DNA of 64,000 nt, from assembly GCF_018350175.1 (NCBI RefSeq), contig NC_058383.1:21082001-21146000 (forward strand), in the 5' to 3' direction. Numbering within the stretch: position 1 is the first letter of the stretch; each line of letters opens with the position of its first letter. This document shows positions 12,959 through 25,617 of the stretch, in pieces. The stretch is from Felis catus. Its lineage: Eukaryota. The notes under the pieces are model-generated. The model did no database searches. It was not told the origin of the DNA and saw only the letters and a program-made list of their open reading frames with translations. The position numbers and the translations under genes are program-made.

Positions 12959-13182
12959 TGAATAAGGTCTGAGGATCTGATGTCAAGCACAGTGACTATA
13001 GTTGATAACCTCATATTGGATAATCTAAATCTGCTCAGAGAACAGAACTTAAATGCTCTCACCTGTCCTGAAAAAGATAAATATGTGGGCTGATGGATGA
13101 GTTAATTAACTACACGGGGGAAATCTTTTCACAATGTACATGAGTATCAGATCGTGAGGATGTACGCCTTAAATACCTTATA

Positions 13183-13400
13183 GTTTTTTTTTTAATTTTT
13201 AATATTTATTTAGTTTTGAGAGAGAGAAAGAGTGCACACGTGCAAGTGGGGGAGGGGTGAAGAGAGAGGGAGACAGAGAATGTGAAGCAGGCCCTGTGCT
13301 GTAGGCACAAAGCCCCATGTGGGGCTTGAACCCGCGAACCCTGAGATCATGACCCAAGCCAAAGTCGAACACTCCACTGACTGAGCCACCCAGGTGCCCC
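13183..13400 (-). mobile_element. Can-SINE in L1
   Basis: Antisense SINE with T-tail, ends CACCCAGGTGCCCC. Confidence 0.92.
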
Positions 13401-13769
13401 CCTTACAATTCCATATATCACTTCTACCTCAGTAAAGCTGATATTTAAAAGAACTTTCAAAGTCAGCCATCATTTCAGGAGAATGGGAAATTTTCTGGGA
13501 CTGGCATCATCCTTCCTCTTTATGGGGATCCCACTGTCTCTGTTGTTTATCCTTGAACTGGTTTCCTGCTGTGAAGCCAGGGGAAAGTGAAAGGGGACCA
13601 TTCCAGGCATCTGTCCTTGAACTAGAAGCATCCAGGGACCGGCAAGAACGGATATTTAAACAGACTTTGAAAATACAGTCATTTAAACAGTGTGGTACTT
13701 CGGTTTGACTGAACGTAACAGCTTCGTATATACCCCATTCCATGTGAAAATTTAAGACATGATAAAGAA

Positions 13770-14900
13770 GGGAAAAAATAAGACTATCACCTAGATTTTA
13801 TTGGGATAGATGGTTAGCCATGAGAAAAGTCTCTTCAAGGTTACGTCCTGAAACAAATTCCAGACAGATCAAAGAGTTATTTTTTAACCAAAGCATAAAC
13901 AATAAAAAAGAAATGAATATTAATCAAGCTTCTGGAAAGAAGAGCGTCTACATCAGAAGAGATTTAAAAACCACAAAGGAAAAGATGGGCAGATGTGATT
14001 ACAAAAAAAATTTAAATCTTCTGTACATAAAAAGCATAATCAAACTTGAAACGAAAACAACAAACGGGGAAACACATTCGCAGCAAACATAATTAAAAGG
14101 AACGATGTATTTATATATTTGAATTAAGGCAAATCTTTAAGAGAAGCAAAGATGCCGAAAGATGAATGGCCAAAGGACATAAACAGACATTTTCCCAAGA
14201 GGAAATGCGGCTGTTTAACAAACATGGAAACGATTTTCAATATCCTACTAATCAAAGCCATGCAAATAAAAACAATAACATTTCATGCCTTTCAAATTAG
14301 CTGGTCTTTTAAAATGATAATAGGCATATTAACACAAGTGTGGCAAAATGGGTAGTTTGTAACATCGCAGATCAGAGTGTGAATTGGCCCAGCCTTTTGG
14401 AGAGAGTAATTTGTAAATGTGTGTAGAAGGCCTTAGAATGGTCCCACCCTTTGATCCCGTAATTACACGTTGGAGCTTACAGCTTGATGATGGGGCCTCA
14501 ACACGGATGGTGGGCTGGGGCGGAGGAGGGGGTGAGTTCAGTTCCTACAACAGGATGATCATCGCAGCAGCCCAAGTAACCGCGAGATCAAGAAAATTTT
14601 AATGTAAATGTTTGGTTAAATAACCCATGCCCTGATCCTAGCATGGAACATCGTGGAGTCAGAAAATGCAACGTTCACAAAGACTGCGTAATGTGGAAAA
14701 TGCTTATGATATAATAGTCACTGGGAAAAAAAAAAACACAAGATAAAAATTGCATCTAGAGGATGGATACAATTATGTAAAACAAACAACAACAACAACA
14801 ACAACAACAACAAATCCTATGCACCAAAGAAAGCCCCTAAGAAAAGACATTAACATGTAAATGGTGGCTGTGCACGGATGATACAATTCCGGGTGATTTT
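13770..14900 (+). mobile_element. Ancient L1 (L1ME-like) 3' fragment
   Basis: A-rich; GGCCAAAGGACATAAACAGACATTTTC, ATGCAAATAAAAACAATA and CCCTTTGATCCCGTAATT motifs. Confidence 0.7.
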
Positions 14901-16069
14901 TTCCTTTCTTTTCTGCTTTTCAGGGATTTTCGACTTTTTGCAACCACACGAGAAGAAATGCGTTGACAGTCGTTTAATATTTCTGTGCCCTTTGACACCT
15001 TGGGTCATTATGAATGTCAAACATTTTGCTTCAGACAAAAGGGCACTCTGGGGGAGGGGGCTTTAAAATGTAGTTCACACACAAGGCAACATCCACTAAG
15101 ACAGCGGAAATCAAACCAACGTCTCAGTTCAGGCTGCTGTCACAGAGTCCCATAGACTGGGTGCTGATGCCCAAAAGGTGTATCTTATCGCTCGCAATTC
15201 CAGAGGCTGGGAGGCCAGGATTTTTCGGGCATATGGATTTAGGCCGGCAATTTTCCAGAAGGGCTAAGAGTTTTACCTTGCTGCTTTTTGAAAGCGTCCC
15301 AGTAAACTAGACATGAGTGTATCCGGATGTTTCTGTGTTTACTGTAGAGCTCCCCACGCGGAAACAGGAGCTCCTTGGGGGGGCATCGGGACCTGTCTCG
15401 TGTGTCATTGGAGCTCGCTGGCATAGTACATAGAGGGGATCCTGACAGTTAACTGACAGATGGCCTCACCTCACCTCTCCCACCGCCCGCACCGGACAGC
15501 CGTGAAATCTGGCGAGTGATGTGGCCGAGTGGCTGGGGGCAGGTCCCTCCGAGGAGGTGGCCTTCGGGTGGAATAATGAGGAGGCGTCAGGAAATGAGGT
15601 GCACAGAGAACGGCAGATACAATCGTCCCCCGAGAGAGACACCGGGTTAGGATGCTCGAGGAAAAGAAGAGGCGGAATGAACGAGCGCGGTCACGTGGGT
15701 GGCGACGCCCAGGCCGGAGAGCTGCAGGGCCGGGGGCGACCCCGGACCCCCAGGAGCTGAGGATTCCCTGGTTGCAGCGGGCAGCGGTCGTAAGGCTCCG
15801 GGCAGGGTAGAGGCGCGGGAGCCTTTAGTTTTCCTTCAGAAAGATTAGAGCCAGTTAATTGGAACCGGTTATCAGAAGTCCGCCTGGCTCCCGCTTGCTG
15901 CTGAGATATGCCCTCCAATTAAAGATCGCTGCGTGGCCGTCAGAGCCACCGATGGGGAAGGGACAGAGTGACGGCGTGCAGAGAGGACTGGCAGCTGCCT
16001 GGAGTTCCAGGTGGAAGAGGGCCTGCGCCGAAGAGGCTCTGCCGTGACACCCACAGCGCCTGTTACCCG

Positions 16070-16862
16070 CCAGCTGTGTTCCCTCCGCGTCCAGATGTTG
16101 AGGCCCTAACCCCCGCATGTGACCGTATTTGGAGATGGGACCCTGAAAGGGGTAAATCAGATTAAGTGGGGGTCAGCCGGGGGGTGGGGCCCCTCATCTG
16201 ATACGACTGGGCGTTCTAAGAAGAGGTGCCAAGGGCGGGTGAGCACAGAGAGGCCGTGGGAGGTCGCAGCGAGCAGATGACCACCTGAAAACCAAGGCGA
16301 ATCGCGCGCTTTCAAAATTCTTCTCTTCCGGCTGCCTCGGCACCCCCACACCCGGGCTGTGCGCGCTCACCCGGATGGCCAGGCCGGGGCCTGCCACAAA
16401 TTGTCTCCTTGCCCTCCCCCGGACTGTGGCCCAGTGACATTTATATGCCCCAACGGACCCTCTTCATACCTGTTGCCCCGACCCCCAGTAGAGGCGCTTC
16501 AGGTGGGTCTCCCCATCCCTTGGGTGAGCCCGCCTCCCCGGGGCGCTCCGCCCGCGTGGTCCCCAGGGTGCTGGGCTGTGCCTTCCTCCTCCAGGACCCG
16601 TGAGCTGAACACATTTTGCGTTTCCTCTGCTTCTCGGCCGGCACGTCTGTGACTGTGCCCTGAGGGATCGTTAGAGACCCCACAAGGGGGAACCACTCGG
16701 CCATTTTCAGTGCACGGGGAGAGAGGCCTCAGGACAAACCAACCCCACCAGGACCTTGATCTTGGACTTCGCGCCTCCAGAACTGTGAGAAATAACTCTC
16801 TGTTGGTGAAGCCGGTCCGTCTGTGCCATTTTGTTCTGGCGGCCCTAGCAAATGAATACGCT
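16070..16862 (+). mobile_element. MLT1A-like MaLR LTR split by a second LTR
   Basis: GTGACCGTATTTGGAGATGGG in the 5' half; GAGAGGCCTCAG...CCTTGATCTTGGACTTC...CCTCCAGAACTGTGAGAAATAA...GCCCTAGCAAATGAATAC in the 3' half. Confidence 0.8.
16286..16709 (+). mobile_element. LTR-like insertion (ERVL MER74/MER73-like)
   Basis: TGAAAA...TTTTCA inverted termini interrupting the MLT1; no clean TSD visible. Confidence 0.55.
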
Positions 16863-18582
16863 GTCCAGTCATACGCTTCTCCCCACGAAACCCAGACGTC
16901 TGTAGATCTCGCTCCTCCTGGCTTGTCAGAGACCCAAGGGGGTTCCCAGAACACCGGCCCTGCGGTGCTAACACCGGGGAAGCTCCAGACAAGGTGGGAT
17001 GAGCTGGTCACCCTGCACCTCTACCTCTGTCCACATCCAGCCCTCAAGGGAGGACGAGAAAGACACGAGTGACAGGCGTCTTCGGAGACGCACTTTCTGT
17101 TGCCTGTCACCCGGACACATCACCGACCCTGATGACCTGCAGGAGATGGCGCAGATTATCTACACGGAGGAGGCGAAGCAGGTTTTCAAGGTTCCGGCTA
17201 AGGGATCCTTCTACAGCCTTTACCCCACGTGTGCGCTGTGCCCGTGACTCACGTAGTCCTCGCACGACCCTGAGAGGTGGGTGCCACTGTTATCCACAGA
17301 TCACACATGAGGGAACCCGTGGTCCCAAAGGACCGTCCCCCAGGTCACACAGCTAGAAAATAGCCATGGAGTCAGGGTCCACTCTAGTGTGTGTGCTCCT
17401 AACCGCTGCGGCTGCCCCAACCCCGGCTTTGGGTCTAAATGAGCCTCTTAGCCACTATGGTCACAAATGGGCCCGTGCAATACAGCTGTAAATCGAAGCA
17501 CCTAGTGCAACCTATGAGCTCCGGGAGAGGTTGTCTTCTTGGTTTATTCTCCACGGACACCCGTAGCAATGACCTTGACACTGGAGGGCAGGGAGACTCC
17601 CCGCGGCATCAGATCCGGCCGGTTGGCCAGACGGGGCGGACTCCTGACAATCTCCCAGGGTTACCAAGAGGCTTGAGGAAGAGAAATCCTGCCCAGCACG
17701 GAGTCGGGTGCTTAGCATGCAGCAGCCACTCAATAAATGTTCGCTGATACTGACTGTAGTGATAACAGCCACTTCCCTCCCCCCCTCTGCTTGAACCCCT
17801 TTCGGCGTCGGTCTCAGCATCAGCTCTGAGATTTCCTGACTTTCCAGGCAGGGGTTCGGGTGCCCTCGCGCCCAGGGCCAGCGCTTGGAAGAAAAGTGGC
17901 TGCCTGGTGGCCGTGATGGAAGGGCTCTGGCCTGATCCTGCCCAGCCCGCACGAGAGCCGCCACCTGGCCCATCTCCCGTTTCAGAGATAACACCTTAGC
18001 AGGCGCCGGTTTATTTACGGCGACGCCGGGCTGCCGGGCCTCTCCAGGGTAAGTGAATTTCAAAATACTTTAAATTCAGGATAAAGCAGTGGAATGGGAA
18101 AATCTTTACACTCCAATAAGACATCATTACTGGCAAGCATATTGCACTCGCAATATCAGACTGAAAAGCGCCAGTGCATGAAAGGGAATGAGGGCATCAG
18201 CGTGGGCATCGGCCAGCTCGATAGACGGGGCCTTGCCGGGGAGGAAGACGCTCCGGGGGGCTCCCGGCGAAAGATCCCCTGTCCCCCGCTCTCCAAAGAC
18301 GGCAGGGTTTCGAGCCCACGTTCCGGATGAGGGGTGGGGTGGGGAGGGCAGCTGCCGTTGGCCTCTGCACAGTTCTGCCAGGACGAGGCTTGTGTGAATC
18401 TGTAGAGGGGGGTGAAGGGGCAGGTTGGGCAGGGACCATTAGCATTTAGATTGCACAACTAAGAAACTGATGAGTGGAAAGGACTGGTTGCCGCGACACC
18501 GAAGAGGGCAGAGCAAGAGTCGACACCAGAAGTCGCCGAAATTGATTAATTGCTCTTAAATGGAGGTCTCGAGTCCGGGCAA

Positions 18583-18740
18583 CGAGAGGGAGAAAGCGAG
18601 GGAAGGAGGGACGTGGGGAGGCCAACAGGGAAGGAGGAAGGCAAGAGAGCAGAAAGAAAGACAGGAAGGAAGAGAGGTGGGGGGGTGGGGAGAGAAAAGA
18701 GAAGCAAATAAATTGGGAAGAAAGACAAGAGGGAAGGAGG
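18583..18740 (+). repeat. Purine (GA)-rich low-complexity tract
   Basis: About 155 bp composed almost entirely of A and G on the + strand. Confidence 0.8.
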
Positions 18741-19240
18741 TATCCTTATCAAGGATGCAAAGCACCAGTATTCATTGTCTACTTAATTCTGTGAGGGAAA
18801 GACCTGTTATTGCCTAGGTATGTGAATAAGGAACGGAACTCGGAGGAGTTCAAGTTCTCTACAGTGAGTTCCCAAAGCCCCTTCCAGGATGCTGCTGGCT
18901 CTTCCCTAGCTTTCCCTGAGCCCCATGTCCAAGGGGCCCTGCTCGTTCAAGGCAGGTAAACCTAACAGGAATGCCCGGCACGACGACTTTTCTGCTCCAT
19001 GTCTGACACTGTGTCAGATGCTTTAAAGCAGCGTCTCATTTAACCCTTATAAGAGTATACCCATTTTACAGATGAAGACACAGCGGCTCAGAGACGCCAG
19101 ACCGAGGGCACACAGCCACTCTGCCAAGGAACCAGGATTCTTACTCGGACTGTCTTAGTTTAGAACCGTTAGCCTCGGTTCTGGCTGTAGCTCAGCTGTT
19201 AACTCACGGAGTGACCGAGGGCCTTTTCCCTTTACGGGAC

Positions 19241-19715
19241 TGTGCTGGGCTAAATGATTAATGGCCTCTGCAAAGATACCCCAGTGCCTTAGTCCCTGCA
19301 ACCTGCGAATATCCTCTCGTACATGGCGAAACGGACTCTGCAGATGTGATGCAATTTAGGGTCTTGGGACGGAGAGATTTTCCTGGATTATCTGGGTGGG
19401 CCCAGTATAATCGCAAAGGTCCTTACAAGGAGAGAGGCAAGCAGGAGGGGCAGGATCGGCGTCAAAGAGAGACTTGAAGATGTTGCGTTCTGGCTTTGAA
19501 GAGGGAAGGGGGCCTGGGCCAGGAACTCGGGTGGCCTTCCCACGCCGGAAGGGGCAAGGACACGGATTCTCTCCTGGAGCCTCCCGAAGGAACGCAGCCC
19601 TGCTGACACTTCGAGGTTAGCCCCGTCAGGTTCGTTTTGGACTTCCGACCGCTAGAACAGCAAGGTAATAAATGTGTGTTGTTTTAAGCCACTAATTTCA
19701 TGGTAATTTCTTACT
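19241..19715 (+). mobile_element. MLT1C/D-like MaLR LTR
   Basis: CCTGGATTATCTGGGTGGGCCCAGTATAATC...GGATTCTCTCCTGGAGCCTCC...GTTTTAAGCCACTAATTT. Confidence 0.85.
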
Positions 19716-20599
19716 AATACGGAGCCTCAGTTTCCCTATCTTTCAAATGGAAGCGATGATCTTGGACCTGCCTATTCTGGGTGGCTTTGATGAGGATGAA
19801 ATGTCATATGTTCTCACATTGGCCCTGAATCCCACCCCTACTAGGACACCGCACACAAACTCTGGTGCCCAGACGAGTTTTGCACTGCCCAAGGAGACCC
19901 GCCTCTAGACCGTCCACATCTCAGCGTGTATTTTTTCAGAGTTCTGATCCGCTGGTCCCAAAAATGGCCAGCTAGTCTGCTGGGCTCAGTGAAAAATGAA
20001 ATCAAGCACAGCAAGAAACAGAACCCAAAGATGGTGAGAGACTGGACCTTGACAACATAATTCAAGCACCTGGATCCAGCTACGCCTGAAGCTGCTCTGC
20101 CGTTGAGCTTTTTTTCAGTTAGTCCAGCCAAGAATTTCTCATTCTTGCTTAGGCTGGTTTTGGCTGAGCTACTGTCCCATATAACCTAAAGCATTTAGGA
20201 CATCCTACTATGAATCAGGCTCTGTGCCACAATCTTCACTGTAATAATCCTATGCAGTAGGATTACTTTAATAGCTGTGAAAACAGAGGTACAGATTAGT
20301 TAAGCAATTTGCCCAAAGTGCAATCACTTGTAAGTGAGGAACAGGGGAATTCAAACCCGTGCTTGAGCCCAAGGTCTTTGCTTTTTCTCCAGGACGAAGT
20401 TTTTCACTTTCACTTAACTTGAACACAACTTGGGGGGCCGTAAAGTCAAACCGAAATCGCCATTTCTCTCAGGTCTTTACTCCTGCACTAAACATAATAG
20501 ATCACAGTTGTTGTTAAGTCCTATGATGGATCCTCTTAAAATCTCTGCTGAAAATCTTATTAGGTTTTCTGTTCAGAGTGTAATGCTTGGTAGTAAAAA

Positions 20600-21430
20600 G
20601 ATACAAGCTCTTGGCGAAACGGTTTGTATCAGAAAACACGTTGTAAAAGCCGTTGGCTGCCAGGTAGTTACCAAAGGAGCCGGTTTACTTACATTCAAAT
20701 AACGTCTAGCGCACTGAGCTGGCGGTTTCCGGTCAGAAGGAGTAGTTTGTTTGCTTGCTTGCTTGTTAGTTACTCGGTAAGGGAGGCGGAAGGCTGTGAC
20801 CAGAACCAGAGCGAGGAGACCCACCAACATATGACCCTCAATTTCCTTCTCCTGACTTCCCTCCCCCTCCCCCCACCCCGCTCTAAAGTGTCTTCTGTGT
20901 TTGTCTGCTCGACTGGGTTTTCTGTTGTTCTGTTGGCCTGGGTTTGGGGAGGGGAGAGGGGTTTTTGTTCTGTTCGTCTCATGTAGACACTGTAAACCCA
21001 CAGGCCAGGAGGAATAAGTGAGTGAGTAAGGAGCCAGGCTTGTATTCCGTTTTCAAAGACCCTCAGTCTTCTATTTAAATCTTTAGACACAGGGGATTGC
21101 TGTTTGTCTCCAGAGTAAAACATGGCGTCTTCTCTCCACCTTTCACTTCCCCCTTCTTGTAGGAGACCCGGAAACACACATAAATGGCACAAAGCTTGAG
21201 GCTGGGAGACGGTGGGGCGAAGGGTAGAGTGTGTGTGCCTGGGCGGCCGGCGATACAGGCCCGCTCTTGATAGATTTTCTGGAAATCAGGCAAAGGGCAG
21301 GCCAGACCTTTGGGAGTCACTCGTTTTTCAATGTTGCCCAGAGTTATTTTAAAAATCGCGTTGGCGCAACAGAGACAAAGAGTGGCGACCGAATACGGCC
21401 CGTGGGTCTTTGATTTGGGGTGTTTGGCAT
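20600..21430. promoter_or_regulatory. Candidate CpG-enriched promoter/enhancer
   Basis: Non-repeat sequence with raised CpG, ETS cores (TTCCGG ~20727, CCGGAA ~21168), YY1-like AACATGGCG ~21119 and a donor-like CG|GTAAGG ~20777. Confidence 0.4.
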
Positions 21431-21794
21431 AGAGAAGCAAATTGGGTAGAGAAAAGCTTGATGGGTTTTCATTAGCCAAGGCACAGAGCTACTCCCGTGA
21501 GTAAAGGGATCTGAGATGCAGGGGGGAGGGAAAGGAGAGCGAGCAAGCTGCTGGGAGTTCAGGGAAGAGACGGGAGAAGCCGTAGGTATCGGCCGTCCTC
21601 ACGATTGTGAAATCTTGGCAGCCAGGTGGAGAGAGGGGATTACATGAGCTTCCCTCTGTAGCCAGCGATGGGGTTCCCTTTGCTGCTCCTAGAGAAGAAT
21701 CCGGGATCTATGTACATTGCTTTTTATTCTTAAGATTTTTGGACATGAGGCTGCAGTTGGTTTAAGGCTACATCACACAGGGGTCGGTGGCTTT

Positions 21795-21960
21795 GGACCC
21801 ACTCGCCTCTCTGGGCCTCAGTTTCTTCATCTGTAAAATGGAGATGGTAAAGTCACCACCTCGCAGAAGTACGATGGAGACAGTGCTGGTGTAGAACTTG
21901 GCTGTGTCTGCTCCATAGTCAGTTCTCCACAGGCGATAGCTATCATTATTTATTACCTCA
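21795..21960. mobile_element. MIR SINE
   Basis: CTCTCTGGGCCTCAGTTTCTTCATCTGTAAAATGG core. Confidence 0.8.
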
Positions 21961-22393
21961 TTTACTTGGATGAGTTGCCACAAAATCTCGGAATTTCACT
22001 TTCTCATATTTCAAAGGAGCTTAGAAAACATCAGCGCCTGGAGGGGATTGCTGAATGGCCTGGTGCGCGTGAGGACCTTTGCACGATGCCAAACACAATG
22101 TAGACACTCAATAAACAGTCCCAATGCACCTGAATCTCCTCTTCCTCTGGAGTCTCTCCTTCTCCCTCTTCTCTCCCTTTCTTATCCCTTCTTCCCGGGA
22201 AGCCCTGTTGGGGGCTGCTTGCAAACAGGCTCAGAAAGGCAGGCTAGGAGCTGAACGTGCAGCTGAGAGACCGTGGTTGGGGGTTTTCTTTCAAGCTGAT
22301 GGTGGGGAGAGGGGCATGGAAGGTTATTATGTAACAAGAATGTTTGCAAAGATTTTGAGTGCAGGGGAAAACAGATGAAAAGTTGTGCATACA

Positions 22394-22850
22394 GGGGTGC
22401 CAGGGTGGGTTAAGCATCCGGCTTTGGCGCAGGTCATGATCTCACGACTCGTGAGTTCGAGCCCCACGTTGGGCTCTGTGCTGAGAGCTCAGAGCCTGGA
22501 GCCTGCTCTGGATTCTGTGTCTCCGGCTCTCTCTGCCCCTCCCCTGCTCACACTCTGTCTCTCTTTCCCTCAAGAATAAATAAACATTAAAAAACAAAAA
22601 AAGTTGTGGTCGCAGTTAAGCCGTACAGGCAGGGGCGCCTGGGTGGCTCAGTCGGTCAAGCATCCCGACTTCGGCTCAGGCCACGATCTCACAGTTCGTG
22701 GGTTCGAGCCCCCCATCGGGCTCTGTGCTGACAGCTCAGAGCCTGAAGCCTGCTTCGGGTTCTGTGTCTCCTTCTCTCTGTGCCCCTCCCCCACTCATGC
22801 TCTGTCTCTCTCTGTCTCTCAAAACAAATAAATAAACATTGAAAAAGATT
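22394..22850 (+). mobile_element. Two tandem Can-SINEs (22394-22602, 22631-22850)
   Basis: Two complete heads, CT tracts and A-tails separated by ~28 bp. Confidence 0.93.
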
Positions 22851-24302
22851 TTTTTGTAATAAATAAAGGCTAGAAGAGCCGCGATAGAGGTTCTGTGAGG
22901 ATTGACTGTGTCTGTCTTATTATTTGCCCAATGCCTAGGGTAGGGATTGGCATAGCATATGTGGCTCATAAATGTCTCTGAATGAATGAATGAATGAATA
23001 CCAGACCTGAATTGAGGCAAGAGGCTGAGCCTAGGAATGAGTGTTCTGGAGGCTTTTTATGAAGATCCAGGAGCTGAAAAATGCAATTTAATGGGGGAGC
23101 CCAGACAGAGAATGCGTAGGCAGAGCTCAAAGGAGGACCGTGGAGATATCCTCGGTGGGGGGAAAGACACGGAAAGGCGCTGGTGGGTCTTTAGAAAGGC
23201 TGGCAAGAGAGCAGAGAGGACTCAGCGAGGTGAACACACAACAGACAGATCATATCAAAAAGTGGGTCTTCTATTCTGAGGCTTAGAACCATTACATCAG
23301 CCTTCAGAGACGCCACAGCTTGGAATCCTGGAAGGACGAGGGCCCACTGGCACCCGAACAAGAAAAGAGTTGCAGAAAAAGCAGCAGAGGGAAAAACCTC
23401 CCCAGCTTGCTACATCCTGCTGGAGGCAGAAGAAATTCCAGCAGATTCCAGGAGCCCGTCAAGGGGAGGAATTGGGCTCGGCCAAGCCAGCGCTTTGACA
23501 ACCACACCCCGACAGAGCCAGGACGCCCGGCCAGGGTGCCGTGGAGCAGGACGTCCGGTGGCAGCCTCAAGGGAAGCCAGGCTGCCTCGGGTATGGATTC
23601 CCCATCGTCACAGCTCACCTTCCGAGCAGCTCCCGTAGGTTCGCCCATTCCCCTTGGGTGGGAGCTGTTTGCAACAAAACATCTTCCCGCTCAGCAACTA
23701 TGATACTTGCTAGTCTTCCTGTGGTCCTGGAGGAAGGATGTGGCTCAAAATGTACTCATCTCCTTGCTGCCTTTCCTGGGTGGCGCCCAAGTTACTGGCG
23801 TTGGGGTAGAAGGGACACAGTACTGGTGAGTGGGGGAGGGGGGTCTGAAGTGCAAGGCTTCCCACTGATCTTCAAAGGAGGATAGTGTTATTTCCTGTTA
23901 ATCGTTATGAGCGCATTCCTTGTTCTTGAGCAGGGAGGACATATCTTTGCTGGTTCTGGTGGATGAGAGGGAGAGAGATCTAAACTACTCAGGTCCGAAG
24001 ACTTTCCTGACCTTCACGCCTTGCAAGGGCCCAGTGTCAAGACTTAATAAACGTTTGGCCCAGTAAATTCGTGCCATCAAGAGGACACTTGCTCGCGAAC
24101 AGCTCTTAACTGTGGGTGAAATACGAAGATTGAACACTTCAAGGGCAAACACCGGTCTTCCAGGGGTGTGCTCTCTCCTGGACTCGAAGACATTGCTGGC
24201 CTTCTTTCCAGTCCTTCATTTAGCCCATTTGACTTCACAAATCCCTCTCAGTGCTGCCCTCACCGCCCCCCCCCCCAGTATCCCCACTGTCACTGTCTTC
24301 TT

Positions 24303-24521
24303 CTTCCTTTTTTTTTTTTTTAAGGTTTATTTATTATTGAGAGACGGAGAAACAGAGCATGAGCAGGGGAGGGGCAGAGAGAGGGAGACACAGAATTGGA
24401 AGCAGGCTCCAGGCTCTGAGCTGTCAGCACAGAGCCCGACGCGGGGCTCGAACTCACGAGCTGCAAGATCATGACCTGAGCCGAAGTCGGACGCTCAACC
24501 GACTGAGCCACCCAGGAGCCC
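24303..24521 (-). mobile_element. Can-SINE, young
   Basis: Perfect 16-bp TSD CTGTCACTGTCTTCTT at 24287-24302 and 24522-24537. Confidence 0.96.
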
Positions 24522-25617
24522 CTGTCACTGTCTTCTTTCAGAGTAAATCCCCTTGAGCTAGAAAGCATTGCAATAACCATCCGTCTCCCCATTCCGGTCA
24601 GGAGGGATTTGTTCTGGTAACTGTGTCCTCTACTTTGCCCGTTCTTTGCCAAATAAAATTCGCTCATCATTCTCTCACGTAAAAAAACCTCTTAGGCATC
24701 CAAGTTTCTTCTAGAATAAGGTTTCAATTCCTTCCAGAATTTTCTAGTGGTACCTGCTGATAAGTGCCCTGTTTCAAACTGTATCCCAGCCCCTCAGGGG
24801 CCGCTCGCCGCTCTCAGAATGTACCAGATTCTGGGATGTTCTTACACGTTTGCTTCCCTTTCTCGAGAAGCCCTTTCCCCCTTTTGCTTGCAGAACAATT
24901 TATCGTCTACAATCCCCCTGAGTCTTTCATGGGTCTCACACTTCATTCCACTCACCCTACCCCGCTCTACCTGTATTCTTAGTGTCGAGGCAACAGATCC
25001 GCACCCCCGCCCCTTGGGGGTGGCAAGGGAAGACACAGTCCTCCCAGATAGAGTTTCATCGGCGCTGTTCATTTCCTGAAATGTTCCCGCAGTGGAAAGG
25101 ACACATAGTATCATGTTCATTGGACACGTGGCGAAGTGGAAGGGGACTGTGTCGGGAGGAGGGTGTCAGACCAAGGCAACATGCAGAAAGCAACACAAAA
25201 TTGCTACCTGGCTCTGTATCTTCTTTGCCCCCTAAGCAACTCCGCAAGGCACCACGGCGGACCCGAGAGCTGTTCTCACCCAGAATTCTAAGAAAAGAAC
25301 CCCGGGTCTCAGCAGGAGCCCAGGACTGCCTGCTCGTTTCTACCAGCCAGGCAGGCCTGGTGATTCCTTCTAGAAAACTGTACTGTGGGATGTAGACATT
25401 TTCCTAGAAGGAATGAAGCCGACTCCAGGAGAAATGAAGTTCAGAACTAAATGCGCCCAAGCACACGACTCAATTTTTATTATTGAAAAAAAAAATCACA
25501 TGGTAAAAGTCTACCTGTCCCTCAACCCTTGTGCCCCAGGCTTCCAGGTAAAAGCCGTGGGGTACCTCCTAAAAATATCCCATCTTATATAAAAATCAGT
25601 AAGTGTCTGCACACTTT

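Larger units (their letters stand above)
11625..13450 (+). mobile_element. L1 3' portion (ORF2 end and 3' UTR), interrupted by one LTR and two SINEs
   Basis: ACCTCACACCTGTCAAGATGGCCATCATCAAAAAG, CAGCAATTCC-like motif, GCTAAGTGAAATCAGCCAGACAG, and terminal TACCTCAGTAAAGCTG are collinear across the insertions. Confidence 0.85.

Noticed and set aside
14783..14813. (CAA)n tract, and a similar one at ~26392-26410
   Set aside because: Ordinary short microsatellites with no coding context
23304..23885. Overlapping 114-127 aa ORFs in unique sequence
   Set aside because: Several frames are open on both strands, as expected in GC-rich DNA, and there is no homology or exon evidence
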